NCBI GenBank assembly: GCA_019058315.1 | Contig: JAHPZH010000004.1 | Coordinates: forward strand, 480,001 to 544,000 | Direction: 5' to 3' | Length of the DNA stretch: 64,000 nt | From: Candidatus Helarchaeota archaeon | GTDB lineage: Archaea > Asgardarchaeota > Lokiarchaeia > Helarchaeales > RDOG01 | Shown here: positions 10,195 through 20,464 of the stretch, piece by piece | Position numbering within the stretch: position 1 is the first letter of the stretch | How the letters are laid out: every line of letters begins with the position of its first letter | Position numbers and translations under genes: made by a program | Notes under the pieces: model-generated | Seen by the model: the letters and a program-made list of their open reading frames with translations, nothing else | The model's database searches: none | What the model was told of the DNA's origin: nothing

Positions 10195-13100
10195 TTGGAG
10201 GAAAATAATCTATTTACACCTAATAATTTGAACCTAATTTATAATTCGATAAAAGAACCAATCTTTGTTATAAACAACAAATTTACAATAACAAGTGTAA
10301 ACAAAGCGTTCACGGAACTTCTTAATTTAAAAAAAGAAGATATCATTGGTAAAAAATGTTATAAAATTTTTCATGAATCAAGTGAAGTATGGCAAAACTG
10401 TCCTTTAAAAAGTATTGAAGAAGAAATTCCTGGTCATATAGAAATTAAATATAAAAGTGGTGGATATTCCTTAAATATTTCTTGTTCACCTCTTATTGAT
10501 AATAATAGAGAGATCATAGGATTAGTTAATGTTATTAAGAAAATATCCGATTTTGTTAATACTGAAGAGAAATTAGAGAAAATTGAAGAAAAATATCGAC
10601 TAATAACAGAAAATGCTAGTGATTTAATTTACATTCTTAATGAAAAATTTAAACTTGAATTCATTAATGAAAAAGTACATAAGAAAATATTGGGTTATAC
10701 AAAAGATGAAGTCATTGGTAAAGATGCTATTAAATTCGTACATCTCGACGACTTAGCATTTGTGATTGAAAAGTCGAAAGAAAATTGGGAAAAAGGAGAA
10801 GGCACATTCGAATTTAGACTAAGAGGAAAAGACGGAAACTATAGATGGATTGAATTAAAAAGCAAAAAATTTATTAATAAAGATGGAAAGTCAAAAATAT
10901 TAAATATTGGCAGAGATATATCTGACCATAAACGAGCTGAAGAGAAATTAAAGGAATCTGAAGAACAGTTCAGAACAATTACCGAGCAATCCTTAATGGG
11001 AATATGTATTGTACAAAATAATTCAATTAAATATGCAAATGAGGCAATGTCAGTAATTGTTGAGTATTCTATTAATGAAATGTTGGAATGGAAAACAAAT
11101 GATCTTTTTAAATTAATTGCTCCAGATAATTTATCATATGCTAAAAAAGAAGCAAAAATAGTTCAAGAGAAAAAACGTAAAGGTATAACTCATGACCATT
11201 ATAAAATAGTTACAAAATATGGAAAATTCAAATGGGTTGACACTTATGCCAAAACTATAAAATTTCAAGGAAAAAATGCAGCATTAGTTACCTTCATTGA
11301 CGCTACTAAGCGGATAGAAACAGAACAGAAACTTGGAGAGTCTGAAGAAAAATATCGACTTATCACTGAAAATACAAATGATTTAATTGGGGTAATCAAC
11401 GATAAATTTGAGATTGAGTATATTAACCAATACACACAATCAAAAATAATTTCCTATCCAGAAATTAATATAATAGGGAATTACTTTCTCGATTTAATTC
11501 ATTCAGATGATCAAAAACGAGCAAAATTAATATTTAACAAATTTTTTGAGAATGAAGAGGGAAGAGAAGAATTTAGAATTAAGCAATATAATGGAACCTA
11601 CATTTGGTTCGAAATTAAAGGAAAAACATTTTTGGAAAGAAATGGAAGTAAAAAAGTTCTTCTTGTCGGAAGAGATATTTCTGAAAGAAAAGCTATGGAA
11701 GAATTAAAATTTAAGAAATCTGAACAAAAATATCGACTTATAACTGAGAATGCGAATGATTTAATTTCTATTATTAATGAAAACATGGAAAATGAATTCA
11801 TTAATGAAAAAATTCATTTAAAAACTTTGGGTTATTCTAAAAATGATTTAATTGGAAAAGTAAATGCCGATTTTATTCATGTTGAAGATCTTGAAAAAGT
11901 AACTTCATCTTTTAGAAAAGCTATCGAAATTGGAGAAGGAAAAACAGAATATAGATTCAAACGAAAAGATGGAAAATACATTTGGCTAGAGAGTCGAGGA
12001 AAAATATTTACAGATTTAGATGGTAGACAAAAGGGACTTATCATTTCAAGAGATATAACTGAAAGAAAGCTAGCTGAACAAAATTTAATAGAATCCGAAA
12101 AAAGATATCGTACATTTATCGAAAATTTTCAAGGTATTGTATTTCAAGGATATCACGATTTTTCTGCGACATTTTTCCATGGTGCAATAGAACAATTAAC
12201 AGGGTATACGGAAGATGAATTTCTATCAAGAAGTATTAAATGGGACCAAATTATCCATCCAGATGATAGAGAAGAGGTTTATAAGCAAGTTGAACTATTT
12301 ATTTCATCTTCAGAAAAAAAATCTAATAGACAATACCGTATCATTAAAAAAGATGGAGATGTAAGATATATAGCAGAATATTTTCAAAGATTTTATGATA
12401 GTATTAAGAATAAGGAGGGGGTTCGTGGTATTCTCATTGATATTACTGATGAAAAAAGTATGGAAAATAAACTTAGGGAATCTGAAGAAAAATATCGAGG
12501 ATTAATTGAAGGTGTATCTGATGCAATTATTTCAACTGACCTTAAATTCAAAATAATATCTTGGAATAAGGCTGCAGAAAGCATATATGGCTGGATAGAT
12601 AGTGAAGCTATAGGTAAAATCATGGGTAAACTTTGTCCTACAGAATATATGGGTTTAAAAGAAGAAGATGTGATTGAAAGTTTTTTTAAAAATGGTTCCT
12701 GGAATGGGGAAGTGAAACAAGTATGTAGAGAAGGAAAAGTAATTAATATTTATGCAAATGTAAATTTAATTAAGGACGAAAATGGCAATAATATCGGTAT
12801 AGTTGCAGTTAATAGAGACATCACTGAGCGTAAGAAAAGTGAAGAAAAGCTAAAGGAATCTGAAGAAAAATTTAGGACAATTTCGGAAAATTCTACTATG
12901 GCCATTTTTATCATACAAGATAATAAAGTTAAATACGTAAATAAAGCCTATGAAGAAATAACCGGATATCCAATTCAGGAAGTATTGAAATGGTCAGTAA
13001 AAGAATTATTAACAACTGTTTATCCAGAAGATTTAACCTCTGTTAGAGAAAGGCTCCGTCAGATACATTCCGAAGATATAAATCTCAAAACACATTACAA

Positions 13101-16100
13101 TTTTAGAGTTATTACAAAGTCTGGAGAATTGAAATGGATTGAAACTATTTCTAAAAACATAATGTTTCAAGGAAAAATGTCCAGATTATCCTTATTTATA
13201 GATATTTCTAAAAAGAAAGAAGCAGAACAACGACTGAGAGAATCTGAAGCAAAATTTAGGATGATAGCTGAACAATCATTAATGGGAATATCTATCATAC
13301 AAGAAAATAAAATAAAATACGTGAATGGAGCATTATCTAACATCCATGGATATTCTACAGACGAAATGATGAATTGGTCATTAATTGACCTAACAAAATT
13401 TATACATCCAGAAGATATCAATGATGTCCTAATTCAAATAAAAAGGTTGCAGAAGATACAAATAGGAAAAACTAGTGCAATTTATCGAATAATTACTAAG
13501 GCAGGAAAAATAAAATGGGTTGAAGTTTTTGCAAAAATAATAGATTTTGAAAAAAAACCTGCAATATTAACGATGATTCATGATATTTCTGAAAAAATTC
13601 AAGCAAGACAAAATCTTAAGGAATCAGAAGAAAAATATAAATCTTTGATTAATAGCATTAATGATGTGATTTTCCAAACAGATCTTAAGGGGAAAATAAA
13701 ATTTGTCTCACCTCAAATAAAAGTTTTATTTGGTTATGAGGCAGAAGAATTATTCAATAAAAATATAGTCGATTTTATTCATCCAAAAGATATACCTAAC
13801 ATTTTAAAAAAAATAGAGGGTATAATTCAAAATCGCAAAGGAGATATTAGTTTAGAATTTCTTGCAAGACATAAATCTGGAGATTATTTAACCATTTCTT
13901 CTAGAGGGGGATATATGCCAGGGAAAGTACCAAGCCTTATTACGGTATTAAGAGATATCACAGAAAAGAAAAAAATGGAAAAACTCGTTAGTAAACAAAG
14001 AGATCTTGCCTCTAAAATATTAAGAACAGAAAGTCTTACCGAATTATTTAGATTTGCTTTTCAAACCATTATTGAAACTACTGATTTTGATTGCGGAGGA
14101 ATTTATATTTTTAATGAAGATAATAATACCCTCGATCTCTCCTATCATCAAGGATTATCCGAACCCTTTGTCCATGCTGTGGCACATTATGATTCTGACT
14201 CGCCTAACGCTGAAATAGTTAAAGAAAATAGATCATTTTTTTTAAATTATGATGATCTTCTTTTAGCTAAAACTGAAGCTGAAAAGAATGAAGGTCTTAA
14301 GAGTTTTGGTCTAGTTCCTTTAAATTTCAGCAATCATACAATAGGTTGTATCAATGTTGCCTCACGTACATTAAGGAAGATTTCAGATGAATCAAAAAAG
14401 ATAATCGAGACAATTGGAAGTTATATAAGCCAATTCATATATCTTACAAGACTTAATTCTACACTCAGGGAATCAGAAAAAAAATATCGTAACCTTCTTG
14501 AGAGTTTAAATGAAGGAATTTGGGTTATTGATAAAAATAATCACACTAAATTCGTTAACGAAAATATGGCTCAAATGCTTGGGTATAATGTGGAAGAAAT
14601 GCAAGGGAGACATTTATTTTCTTTTATGGATGAGCAAGGAATTGATATTTGTAAGAGTCATTTAGAGCGGCGTCAGAGTGGGATAAAAGAACAACATGAT
14701 TTTGAGTTTATATGTAAGGATGGATCTAGAATATATGCTCTATTGGAAACATCTCCGATTTTAAATGATAAAGGAGAATATGATGGTGCGATAGCAGGAG
14801 TAATTGACATTACAGAGCGTAGAAAAGCGAAAGAAGAGTTAATTAGTAGCAAAGCAAGATTACAATTTCTTCTTAGTTCGAGTCCCGCAGTAATTTACAG
14901 TGCAGATCCAATTGGTGATTATCGGACAACATTCATTAGTGAAAATGTTAAAGCAATCACTGGTTACGAGGCGAGCGAATTTACACACCAACCAAGCTTT
15001 TGGATAGACCATGTTCATCCTGATGATTTGGATTTTGTACATACTGAAATAAATCGTTTATTAAGTAAAAAAAATCATAGTTATGAATATCGTTTCAAGT
15101 GTAAAGATGGTAATTATAGATGGTTTCGTGATATCATGGAACTGATAAGCACTAGTGATGGAAAATCGATAGAAATAGTTGGTTATTTGGCTGATATCAC
15201 ATCCCAAAAAGTAGACCAACAGAAACTTAAAGAATCTCAAAAACAACTCGAGGAATCAGAAAAAAAATATCGTAACCTTCTTGAGAGTTTAAATGAAGGA
15301 ATTTGGGTTATTGACAAGAATTATAAAATTACATTTGTTAATCAACCTATGGCAGATATGCTTGGGTACGAAATTGAAGAATTACAAGGGGAACATCTAT
15401 ATACTTTCATAGATATAAAAGAATTTAAAATATCAAAGGAAAATTTAGAACTTCAAAAAATAATAAATAAACAGCAACATGAAATCACTTTTACTCGAAA
15501 AGATGGCACTCTAATTTATACAATCGTTGGAACTTCACCAATATTAGATGATAACGAAAATTATATTGGATCGGTGGCTGCAGTAATAGATATATCGGAA
15601 CTCAAAAAAATTGAGGAGGAATTGAGAAAAAGTCAAGATAAACTCCTCGAAAAAAGTAAATTAGCAGCCGTGGGTCAGTTAGCCGCTGGCGTAGCACATG
15701 GTCTTAATACCCCTCTTGCAAATATTGCGCTTACAGCGGAATACCTTTTAAATTTAATCGATGAACCAAAACTTCCCTTTGATTTTGTTACAGCTCAGAA
15801 AGAGTTAAACGATATTAAGGTTCAAGTACAATATTGTGCAAAAATTGTTAAGAATCTCCTTCAATTTTCAAGAAAAGTGGATTTAACAATAAAAGAACTA
15901 GAACTTAATTCTCTACTAACTGCACTTTTAAATTCACCAATTATTTCATCAAAAATAAAATTTAAAGGCATCAAATTAATAACAGAAATGGTAGAACCAA
16001 TTAATATAGAAGGAGATAACATACACCTTCTCCAAGTATTCCAAAACATTCTGAATAATTCTTTTGATGCTCTAGATGATATAAAACATGAACCTGAAAT

Positions 16101-16368
16101 AAGAATTATTCTCTCGAAGACAAGTTCTGAAGCAGTAATTAAATTTATTGATAATGGAATAGGAATTAAAAAATCGGATTTATCAAGGATTTTTGAACCA
16201 TTCTTTTCAACAAAAGATGTGGGACGGGGGACAGGGCTTGGACTACCTATATCTAAGGGAATAATAGAAAAGCATGGAGGAAAAATCGATATTCAAAGCA
16301 TATATAAAGAAGGCACTGAAGTTACTATTACTTTACCCCTCTCTTCTTCTTTAAATAATAAAAACTAG
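10195..16368 (+). CDS. Giant sensor histidine kinase: ~13 PAS + GAF + HisKA/HATPase
   Basis: 13 PAS units, a GAF domain (DCGGIY...SFGLVPL...IGCINVAS), H-box AHGLNTPL, intact ATP-binding boxes. TTG start. Confidence 0.93.
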   Translation: MEENNLFTPNNLNLIYNSIKEPIFVINNKFTITSVNKAFTELLNLKKEDIIGKKCYKIFHESSEVWQNCPLKSIEEEIPGHIEIKYKSGGYSLNISCSPLIDNNREIIGLVNVIKKISDFVNTEEKLEKIEEKYRLITENASDLIYILNEKFKLEFINEKVHKKILGYTKDEVIGKDAIKFVHLDDLAFVIEKSKENWEKGEGTFEFRLRGKDGNYRWIELKSKKFINKDGKSKILNIGRDISDHKRAEEKLKESEEQFRTITEQSLMGICIVQNNSIKYANEAMSVIVEYSINEMLEWKTNDLFKLIAPDNLSYAKKEAKIVQEKKRKGITHDHYKIVTKYGKFKWVDTYAKTIKFQGKNAALVTFIDATKRIETEQKLGESEEKYRLITENTNDLIGVINDKFEIEYINQYTQSKIISYPEINIIGNYFLDLIHSDDQKRAKLIFNKFFENEEGREEFRIKQYNGTYIWFEIKGKTFLERNGSKKVLLVGRDISERKAMEELKFKKSEQKYRLITENANDLISIINENMENEFINEKIHLKTLGYSKNDLIGKVNADFIHVEDLEKVTSSFRKAIEIGEGKTEYRFKRKDGKYIWLESRGKIFTDLDGRQKGLIISRDITERKLAEQNLIESEKRYRTFIENFQGIVFQGYHDFSATFFHGAIEQLTGYTEDEFLSRSIKWDQIIHPDDREEVYKQVELFISSSEKKSNRQYRIIKKDGDVRYIAEYFQRFYDSIKNKEGVRGILIDITDEKSMENKLRESEEKYRGLIEGVSDAIISTDLKFKIISWNKAAESIYGWIDSEAIGKIMGKLCPTEYMGLKEEDVIESFFKNGSWNGEVKQVCREGKVINIYANVNLIKDENGNNIGIVAVNRDITERKKSEEKLKESEEKFRTISENSTMAIFIIQDNKVKYVNKAYEEITGYPIQEVLKWSVKELLTTVYPEDLTSVRERLRQIHSEDINLKTHYNFRVITKSGELKWIETISKNIMFQGKMSRLSLFIDISKKKEAEQRLRESEAKFRMIAEQSLMGISIIQENKIKYVNGALSNIHGYSTDEMMNWSLIDLTKFIHPEDINDVLIQIKRLQKIQIGKTSAIYRIITKAGKIKWVEVFAKIIDFEKKPAILTMIHDISEKIQARQNLKESEEKYKSLINSINDVIFQTDLKGKIKFVSPQIKVLFGYEAEELFNKNIVDFIHPKDIPNILKKIEGIIQNRKGDISLEFLARHKSGDYLTISSRGGYMPGKVPSLITVLRDITEKKKMEKLVSKQRDLASKILRTESLTELFRFAFQTIIETTDFDCGGIYIFNEDNNTLDLSYHQGLSEPFVHAVAHYDSDSPNAEIVKENRSFFLNYDDLLLAKTEAEKNEGLKSFGLVPLNFSNHTIGCINVASRTLRKISDESKKIIETIGSYISQFIYLTRLNSTLRESEKKYRNLLESLNEGIWVIDKNNHTKFVNENMAQMLGYNVEEMQGRHLFSFMDEQGIDICKSHLERRQSGIKEQHDFEFICKDGSRIYALLETSPILNDKGEYDGAIAGVIDITERRKAKEELISSKARLQFLLSSSPAVIYSADPIGDYRTTFISENVKAITGYEASEFTHQPSFWIDHVHPDDLDFVHTEINRLLSKKNHSYEYRFKCKDGNYRWFRDIMELISTSDGKSIEIVGYLADITSQKVDQQKLKESQKQLEESEKKYRNLLESLNEGIWVIDKNYKITFVNQPMADMLGYEIEELQGEHLYTFIDIKEFKISKENLELQKIINKQQHEITFTRKDGTLIYTIVGTSPILDDNENYIGSVAAVIDISELKKIEEELRKSQDKLLEKSKLAAVGQLAAGVAHGLNTPLANIALTAEYLLNLIDEPKLPFDFVTAQKELNDIKVQVQYCAKIVKNLLQFSRKVDLTIKELELNSLLTALLNSPIISSKIKFKGIKLITEMVEPINIEGDNIHLLQVFQNILNNSFDALDDIKHEPEIRIILSKTSSEAVIKFIDNGIGIKKSDLSRIFEPFFSTKDVGRGTGLGLPISKGIIEKHGGKIDIQSIYKEGTEVTITLPLSSSLNNKN
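14469..15314 (+). repeat. 63-bp exact direct repeat (14469-14531 and 15252-15314) at the start of two PAS modules
   Basis: ggaatcagaaaaaaaatatcgtaaccttcttgagagtttaaatgaaggaatttgggttattga occurs twice and encodes ESEKKYRNLLESLNEGIWVI(D). Confidence 0.85.
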
Positions 16369-16542
16369 AACTTTTGCACTAATATAATACCTCCATTTCC
16401 AAAAAAAAATTTTAAAATTAAAAAATAGTTACTACTATTTTCTTCAAAAGTCTAATATTTACTTTTGAGTATAATTAGATTATTTGAAAAAGTTTTTCAT
16501 AGAATTTAATAATTAGGTAAAATAAAATTAGGTTCAATAGAA

Positions 16543-17691
16543 ATGTTGAATTCGGTTGAGAGAGATACTAATGAATTACAAAAAAAAGAGGAAAAATATC
16601 ATTTAATAATGGAAAATTCGAACGACTTAATTTCTTTACTTAATGGAAGATTAGAATTTGAATTTATAAATAATAAAACTTATTTTAGAATGTTGGGCTA
16701 TACAAGAGATGAACTTATCGGAAAATGTGTGTTAAATTTCATTCATCCAGACGATTCTGTGCACACAATTAATAATTTTATTAAAGGTTTTGAGACAGGG
16801 CAAGGTTATATTGAGCATCGAATTAGGCACAAAAAAGGGGATTATATTTGGATTGAAACTCGAGGAAGAAAATTAATCGACACAGATGGAAAAAATAAAC
16901 TACTATTTATCGGTAAAAACATAAATAAATACAAACTTATAGAATTAAAATTAATCAAAAACCAGAAAGAGCTTTTAGAAAGAAGAAAATTGGTCTCAAT
17001 AGGGCAGCTTGTAGCTGATATCGCACACAGCCTTAAGACACCTCTCTCTAATATAAATTTAACAGTGGATTATCTTCTAAATTTGATCAATTTCCAAAAA
17101 ATATTTCCAGATCCAAAAACTATACATGATGAAATTATAGATTTAAAAAATGAAGTTGACTTTTGTACGCAGATTGTAAAAAATCTCCTCCAATTTTCAA
17201 GAAAAGTAGATTTAAATTTGAAGAAATTCGAACTTAATAATCTTCTAACCGGACTTATATCGTCTCCTGCAATAATATCGAGGTTAAGAGAAAAAAATAT
17301 AGAAATTTTTTTTCAAAATGAAGAAAATATTATGCTCTTTGGTGATAAAACTCTCCTTTTTCAAGTTTTTCAAAATATTATAAATAATTCTATTGACGCT
17401 CTCGAGGAAGTGCAATATAGACCAAACATTAGAATTACTATCTCGAAGCTAGAGAGTCAATATGAGATAAAATTTATTGATAATGGTAGGGGTATTAAAA
17501 AATCAGATTTACCAAGAATATTTGAACCTTTTTTTTCAACAAAGCAAGTTGGGAAAGGAACAGGCCTCGGTTTGCCGATCAGTCGCGGAATAATTAGAAA
17601 ACATGGGGGTGATATAACCATCAATAGTGTTTATGGAAAAGGTACAGAAGTTATTATTAATATACCATTAATAGGTAATGAGAATGCCTGA
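16543..17691 (+). CDS. Single-PAS histidine kinase with divergent H-box
   Basis: One PAS domain, H-box VADIAHSLKTPL, N/G1/F/G2 boxes intact. Confidence 0.9.
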   Translation: MLNSVERDTNELQKKEEKYHLIMENSNDLISLLNGRLEFEFINNKTYFRMLGYTRDELIGKCVLNFIHPDDSVHTINNFIKGFETGQGYIEHRIRHKKGDYIWIETRGRKLIDTDGKNKLLFIGKNINKYKLIELKLIKNQKELLERRKLVSIGQLVADIAHSLKTPLSNINLTVDYLLNLINFQKIFPDPKTIHDEIIDLKNEVDFCTQIVKNLLQFSRKVDLNLKKFELNNLLTGLISSPAIISRLREKNIEIFFQNEENIMLFGDKTLLFQVFQNIINNSIDALEEVQYRPNIRITISKLESQYEIKFIDNGRGIKKSDLPRIFEPFFSTKQVGKGTGLGLPISRGIIRKHGGDITINSVYGKGTEVIINIPLIGNENA

Positions 17692-18187
17692 AATTGCATT
17701 AAAAATCGTCGTGCTTGGCGATGAAGAAGTCGGAAAGACGTCAATAATTCTAAAGTATACCAAAAACCGTTTTACTGAAGACTATAAACCAACTTTGGGA
17801 GCTGATTTCGCGATTAGAGAATTGAAATATAATGAATTTGATGTAAAATTATATATTTGGGATATTGGAGGCGTTGATAAACATAAAGATCTTCATAAAT
17901 TTTATTTTGAAGGAGCTGATACGTTCTTATTAGTTTATGATATTACAAGATATAACACTTTTGAAAATGCTATAAATTTATGGATACCTGATATAGAACT
18001 TAACCTTAAATCAGCTTCAATTATTCTCGTTGGCAATAAAAATGATTTGGAAACTAGAAGGCAAATTTCGAGAGTGCAAATTAATGGAATAAATTCAAAT
18101 AATCTGGTTTCTTCTATTGAAACTTCCGCTAAAACTGGTAATAATATAGAAAAGGTATTCCTAAATATCTTAAAAGAAAAATTGTAA
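17678..18187 (+). CDS. Rab-like small GTPase
   Basis: G1 GDEEVGKT, G2 PTLG, G3 WDIGG(V), G4 NKND, G5 ETSAK. Overlaps the upstream kinase stop; the true start may be the ATG at 17684. Confidence 0.92.
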   Translation: MRMPEIALKIVVLGDEEVGKTSIILKYTKNRFTEDYKPTLGADFAIRELKYNEFDVKLYIWDIGGVDKHKDLHKFYFEGADTFLLVYDITRYNTFENAINLWIPDIELNLKSASIILVGNKNDLETRRQISRVQINGINSNNLVSSIETSAKTGNNIEKVFLNILKEKL

Positions 18188-18196
18188 AAAAACATG

Positions 18197-19891
18197 CTAT
18201 TTTATGAATAATTTCCAACCTTTTGGTGACAATTCAATAATTTTTTTATTGCCACTTATAAATTCATTGATATATCCGAAGCTAAGAAGACCTTTTATCC
18301 TCTTTCTTACTGTAGGTTTAGTTATCTGCATTTTTAACCTAATATTTGTATAAGATGGCTTGTTTCCTAGGTTGTTTTGTTCATAAACATATTTTAAAAT
18401 TTCGAACATAGTATTAGGAATATTTATCATAAACTTCGGCTCAATTTTTTTTGTTTCTTTTTCCAATAGCTTAATTTCTGTCTTACTCAGAGTAGATGGA
18501 TCAATTGATAATATTATTATAAGGGAGGTAATGTATGCATGATCTCTCAAATGTTGAATAAATGAAAGAATTTCTTTAAAATTATTTTTAAATATTAGGT
18601 AATCTAATCTATCAATTAAGACTGCACTTTTATTTGGTATTTTTTCTATCTGATTTTCAATTTCTCCAATATTTGGAGATATAGAATGTTTTCCATCCCA
18701 TTCAGAAAGCCAAAAAAATTCGAAATTACCTTTAAAAATATGTTTAAGTTCCTCATCAGGCTTTCTAGAAAAGACAAATCCGTTATAATTTACTTTAAGT
18801 AAATCTTGAAAAGCTTCAAAAGCCAAGATTGGCGAGGTTTCTTCTACTAAATAAATATTTCCATTTTCTAACCTGAATTTCAATAATCTTTCTTTCATTT
18901 CGTCTTCAGCGCGTTTGCGTTCGGTGATATCTTGTGCATGGATTATTAATAAATTATCTGGCATTAAATTATAAGTTATTTCAAGACTTTTTTCTTTATT
19001 TTTTGACCAAACACGAGAAGATATTTCCCTTTTAATTGTGGATCTTGTAATAAAACATCGTTTCATATCTTCTAATATTTCTGGTAAATCCTGATAGAAC
19101 TCTCTTGCAGTTTTTCCTTCAAAATTGATAATTTCACCGTTACTGAATATTTTAGCGGCTTCATTATAATCTTTGAGAATAAAATTTTTACCTTCTTTTT
19201 TCCAAGTGTAAGTAGGGACTGGAATATTTTCGTATTGGACTCTTAATCTTTTCTGTCCATTCAATATTTCTCTGTAAAGGTGGTATCTCTCTACTCCTGG
19301 AGTAATCTGATCTGCTATAGTTTGTAATAGAAATAACGATTCTTTATTATAAATCCCTTTTTGATAACTACCTATGCTAAATAAACCAATTACTTTATTT
19401 CGAGAGACGAGAGGAACGATTAAATATGAATGTATACCCTCAACTGCCAATTTTTGGGATAATGGATCTTTGTTATCTACTAAGTCGTGTAAAATTATAC
19501 CCTTTCGGTTATTCATTACCATTAAGCTAAGTTGGGATTTTCCGATCATAAATTCATGACTTATTTCACTAATACATATATCAGGTTTTAGTGTAAAGAC
19601 TTTTAGGTCTTCGCAGCGTTCATTCAATAATGCCACACTAGCTAGATCAAATTCTATTAATCGCTTAATGGCTTGAATAATCGAGAAAATTATGGTTTCA
19701 AACTCAAATCCCGTTGCGATAATACGAGAAATTTCATTAAGAACTACTAAACGGTAGAAATAAGATTGAAGCTCCTCTCTTGCATGCATATATTCATTAA
19801 CCCCTTTCCCAACTACAAGTTCACTAGCTAAATGTTTATTCTTCCGCTCTTTTTCTAAATTGCTATTTAAATCATTATTAAGAGAGTCCAA
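18197..19891 (-). CDS. One-component regulator: GAF + PAS + DUF835 (KaiC-like inactive ATPase) + winged HTH
   Basis: GAF (SYLIVPL...IGLFSIGS), PAS ending QDITERKRAE, DUF835 motifs (FFWLS, VLIDRLDYL, IILSIDP, KLLEKE), C-terminal ITKPTVRKRIKGL...GYI HTH. Confidence 0.82.
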   Translation of the reverse strand: MDSLNNDLNSNLEKERKNKHLASELVVGKGVNEYMHAREELQSYFYRLVVLNEISRIIATGFEFETIIFSIIQAIKRLIEFDLASVALLNERCEDLKVFTLKPDICISEISHEFMIGKSQLSLMVMNNRKGIILHDLVDNKDPLSQKLAVEGIHSYLIVPLVSRNKVIGLFSIGSYQKGIYNKESLFLLQTIADQITPGVERYHLYREILNGQKRLRVQYENIPVPTYTWKKEGKNFILKDYNEAAKIFSNGEIINFEGKTAREFYQDLPEILEDMKRCFITRSTIKREISSRVWSKNKEKSLEITYNLMPDNLLIIHAQDITERKRAEDEMKERLLKFRLENGNIYLVEETSPILAFEAFQDLLKVNYNGFVFSRKPDEELKHIFKGNFEFFWLSEWDGKHSISPNIGEIENQIEKIPNKSAVLIDRLDYLIFKNNFKEILSFIQHLRDHAYITSLIIILSIDPSTLSKTEIKLLEKETKKIEPKFMINIPNTMFEILKYVYEQNNLGNKPSYTNIRLKMQITKPTVRKRIKGLLSFGYINEFISGNKKIIELSPKGWKLFIK

Positions 19892-19905
19892 AGAACCATT
19901 TCCTA

Positions 19906-20403
19906 CTATAAAAACGCTGCTAATTCGCTAAATACTTCTCTTACGTTTATATTTAAAAGTGCTGAAGTCTCAAAAAAAGCATTTAAATTTAAATTACCTT
20001 GAAGCTCTTTTCCTTCTAGATACGTAATTTGGCGTTCGAAGTCTAAGTCAGATTTATTTCCAACTAGAATATAGGGTATATTTCTGTTTAAATTATTACT
20101 TAAATCTTGTTTCCAATCAAATATCTCATCAAAAGTATATTTTCTTGTGATATCATAAATTAAAATACAACCATCTGTTTTACTAAAATATTCTCTCCAA
20201 GCATCCCTAAGAAAGGTCTGTCCTCCTAAATCCCAAATTCGTAATCCTATTTGTTTTCCATTCAAGTTAAGTATTTTGAACCCGATATTCATTACTAGCG
20301 TAGGTCGATGTGTGACATCAATTAATTCTCCAGTGATCGCTTGAAAAAGTGCAGTTTTACCAACTCTATCAGAACCAAGTAAAAGAATTTTGTACTCTTC
20401 CAT
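19906..20403 (-). CDS. Rab-like small GTPase
   Basis: GSDRVGKT, WDLGGQ, NKSD, ETSAL. Close paralog of 25869..26375. Confidence 0.9.
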   Translation of the reverse strand: MEEYKILLLGSDRVGKTALFQAITGELIDVTHRPTLVMNIGFKILNLNGKQIGLRIWDLGGQTFLRDAWREYFSKTDGCILIYDITRKYTFDEIFDWKQDLSNNLNRNIPYILVGNKSDLDFERQITYLEGKELQGNLNLNAFFETSALLNINVREVFSELAAFL

Positions 20404-20464
20404 CTTTTTTACCTAATAATTTTATAAGGAATCCCAATAATTCATAATTTTTTCTAAATTTTTA

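Noticed and set aside
14469-15314. Diversity-generating retroelement TR/VR pair
   Set aside because: The copies are identical rather than adenine-mutated, both are coding, and no reverse transcriptase is present in the window.
16422-16441. 8-bp inverted repeat aaaatagt-N4-actatttt
   Set aside because: Expected by chance in such AT-rich intergenic DNA.
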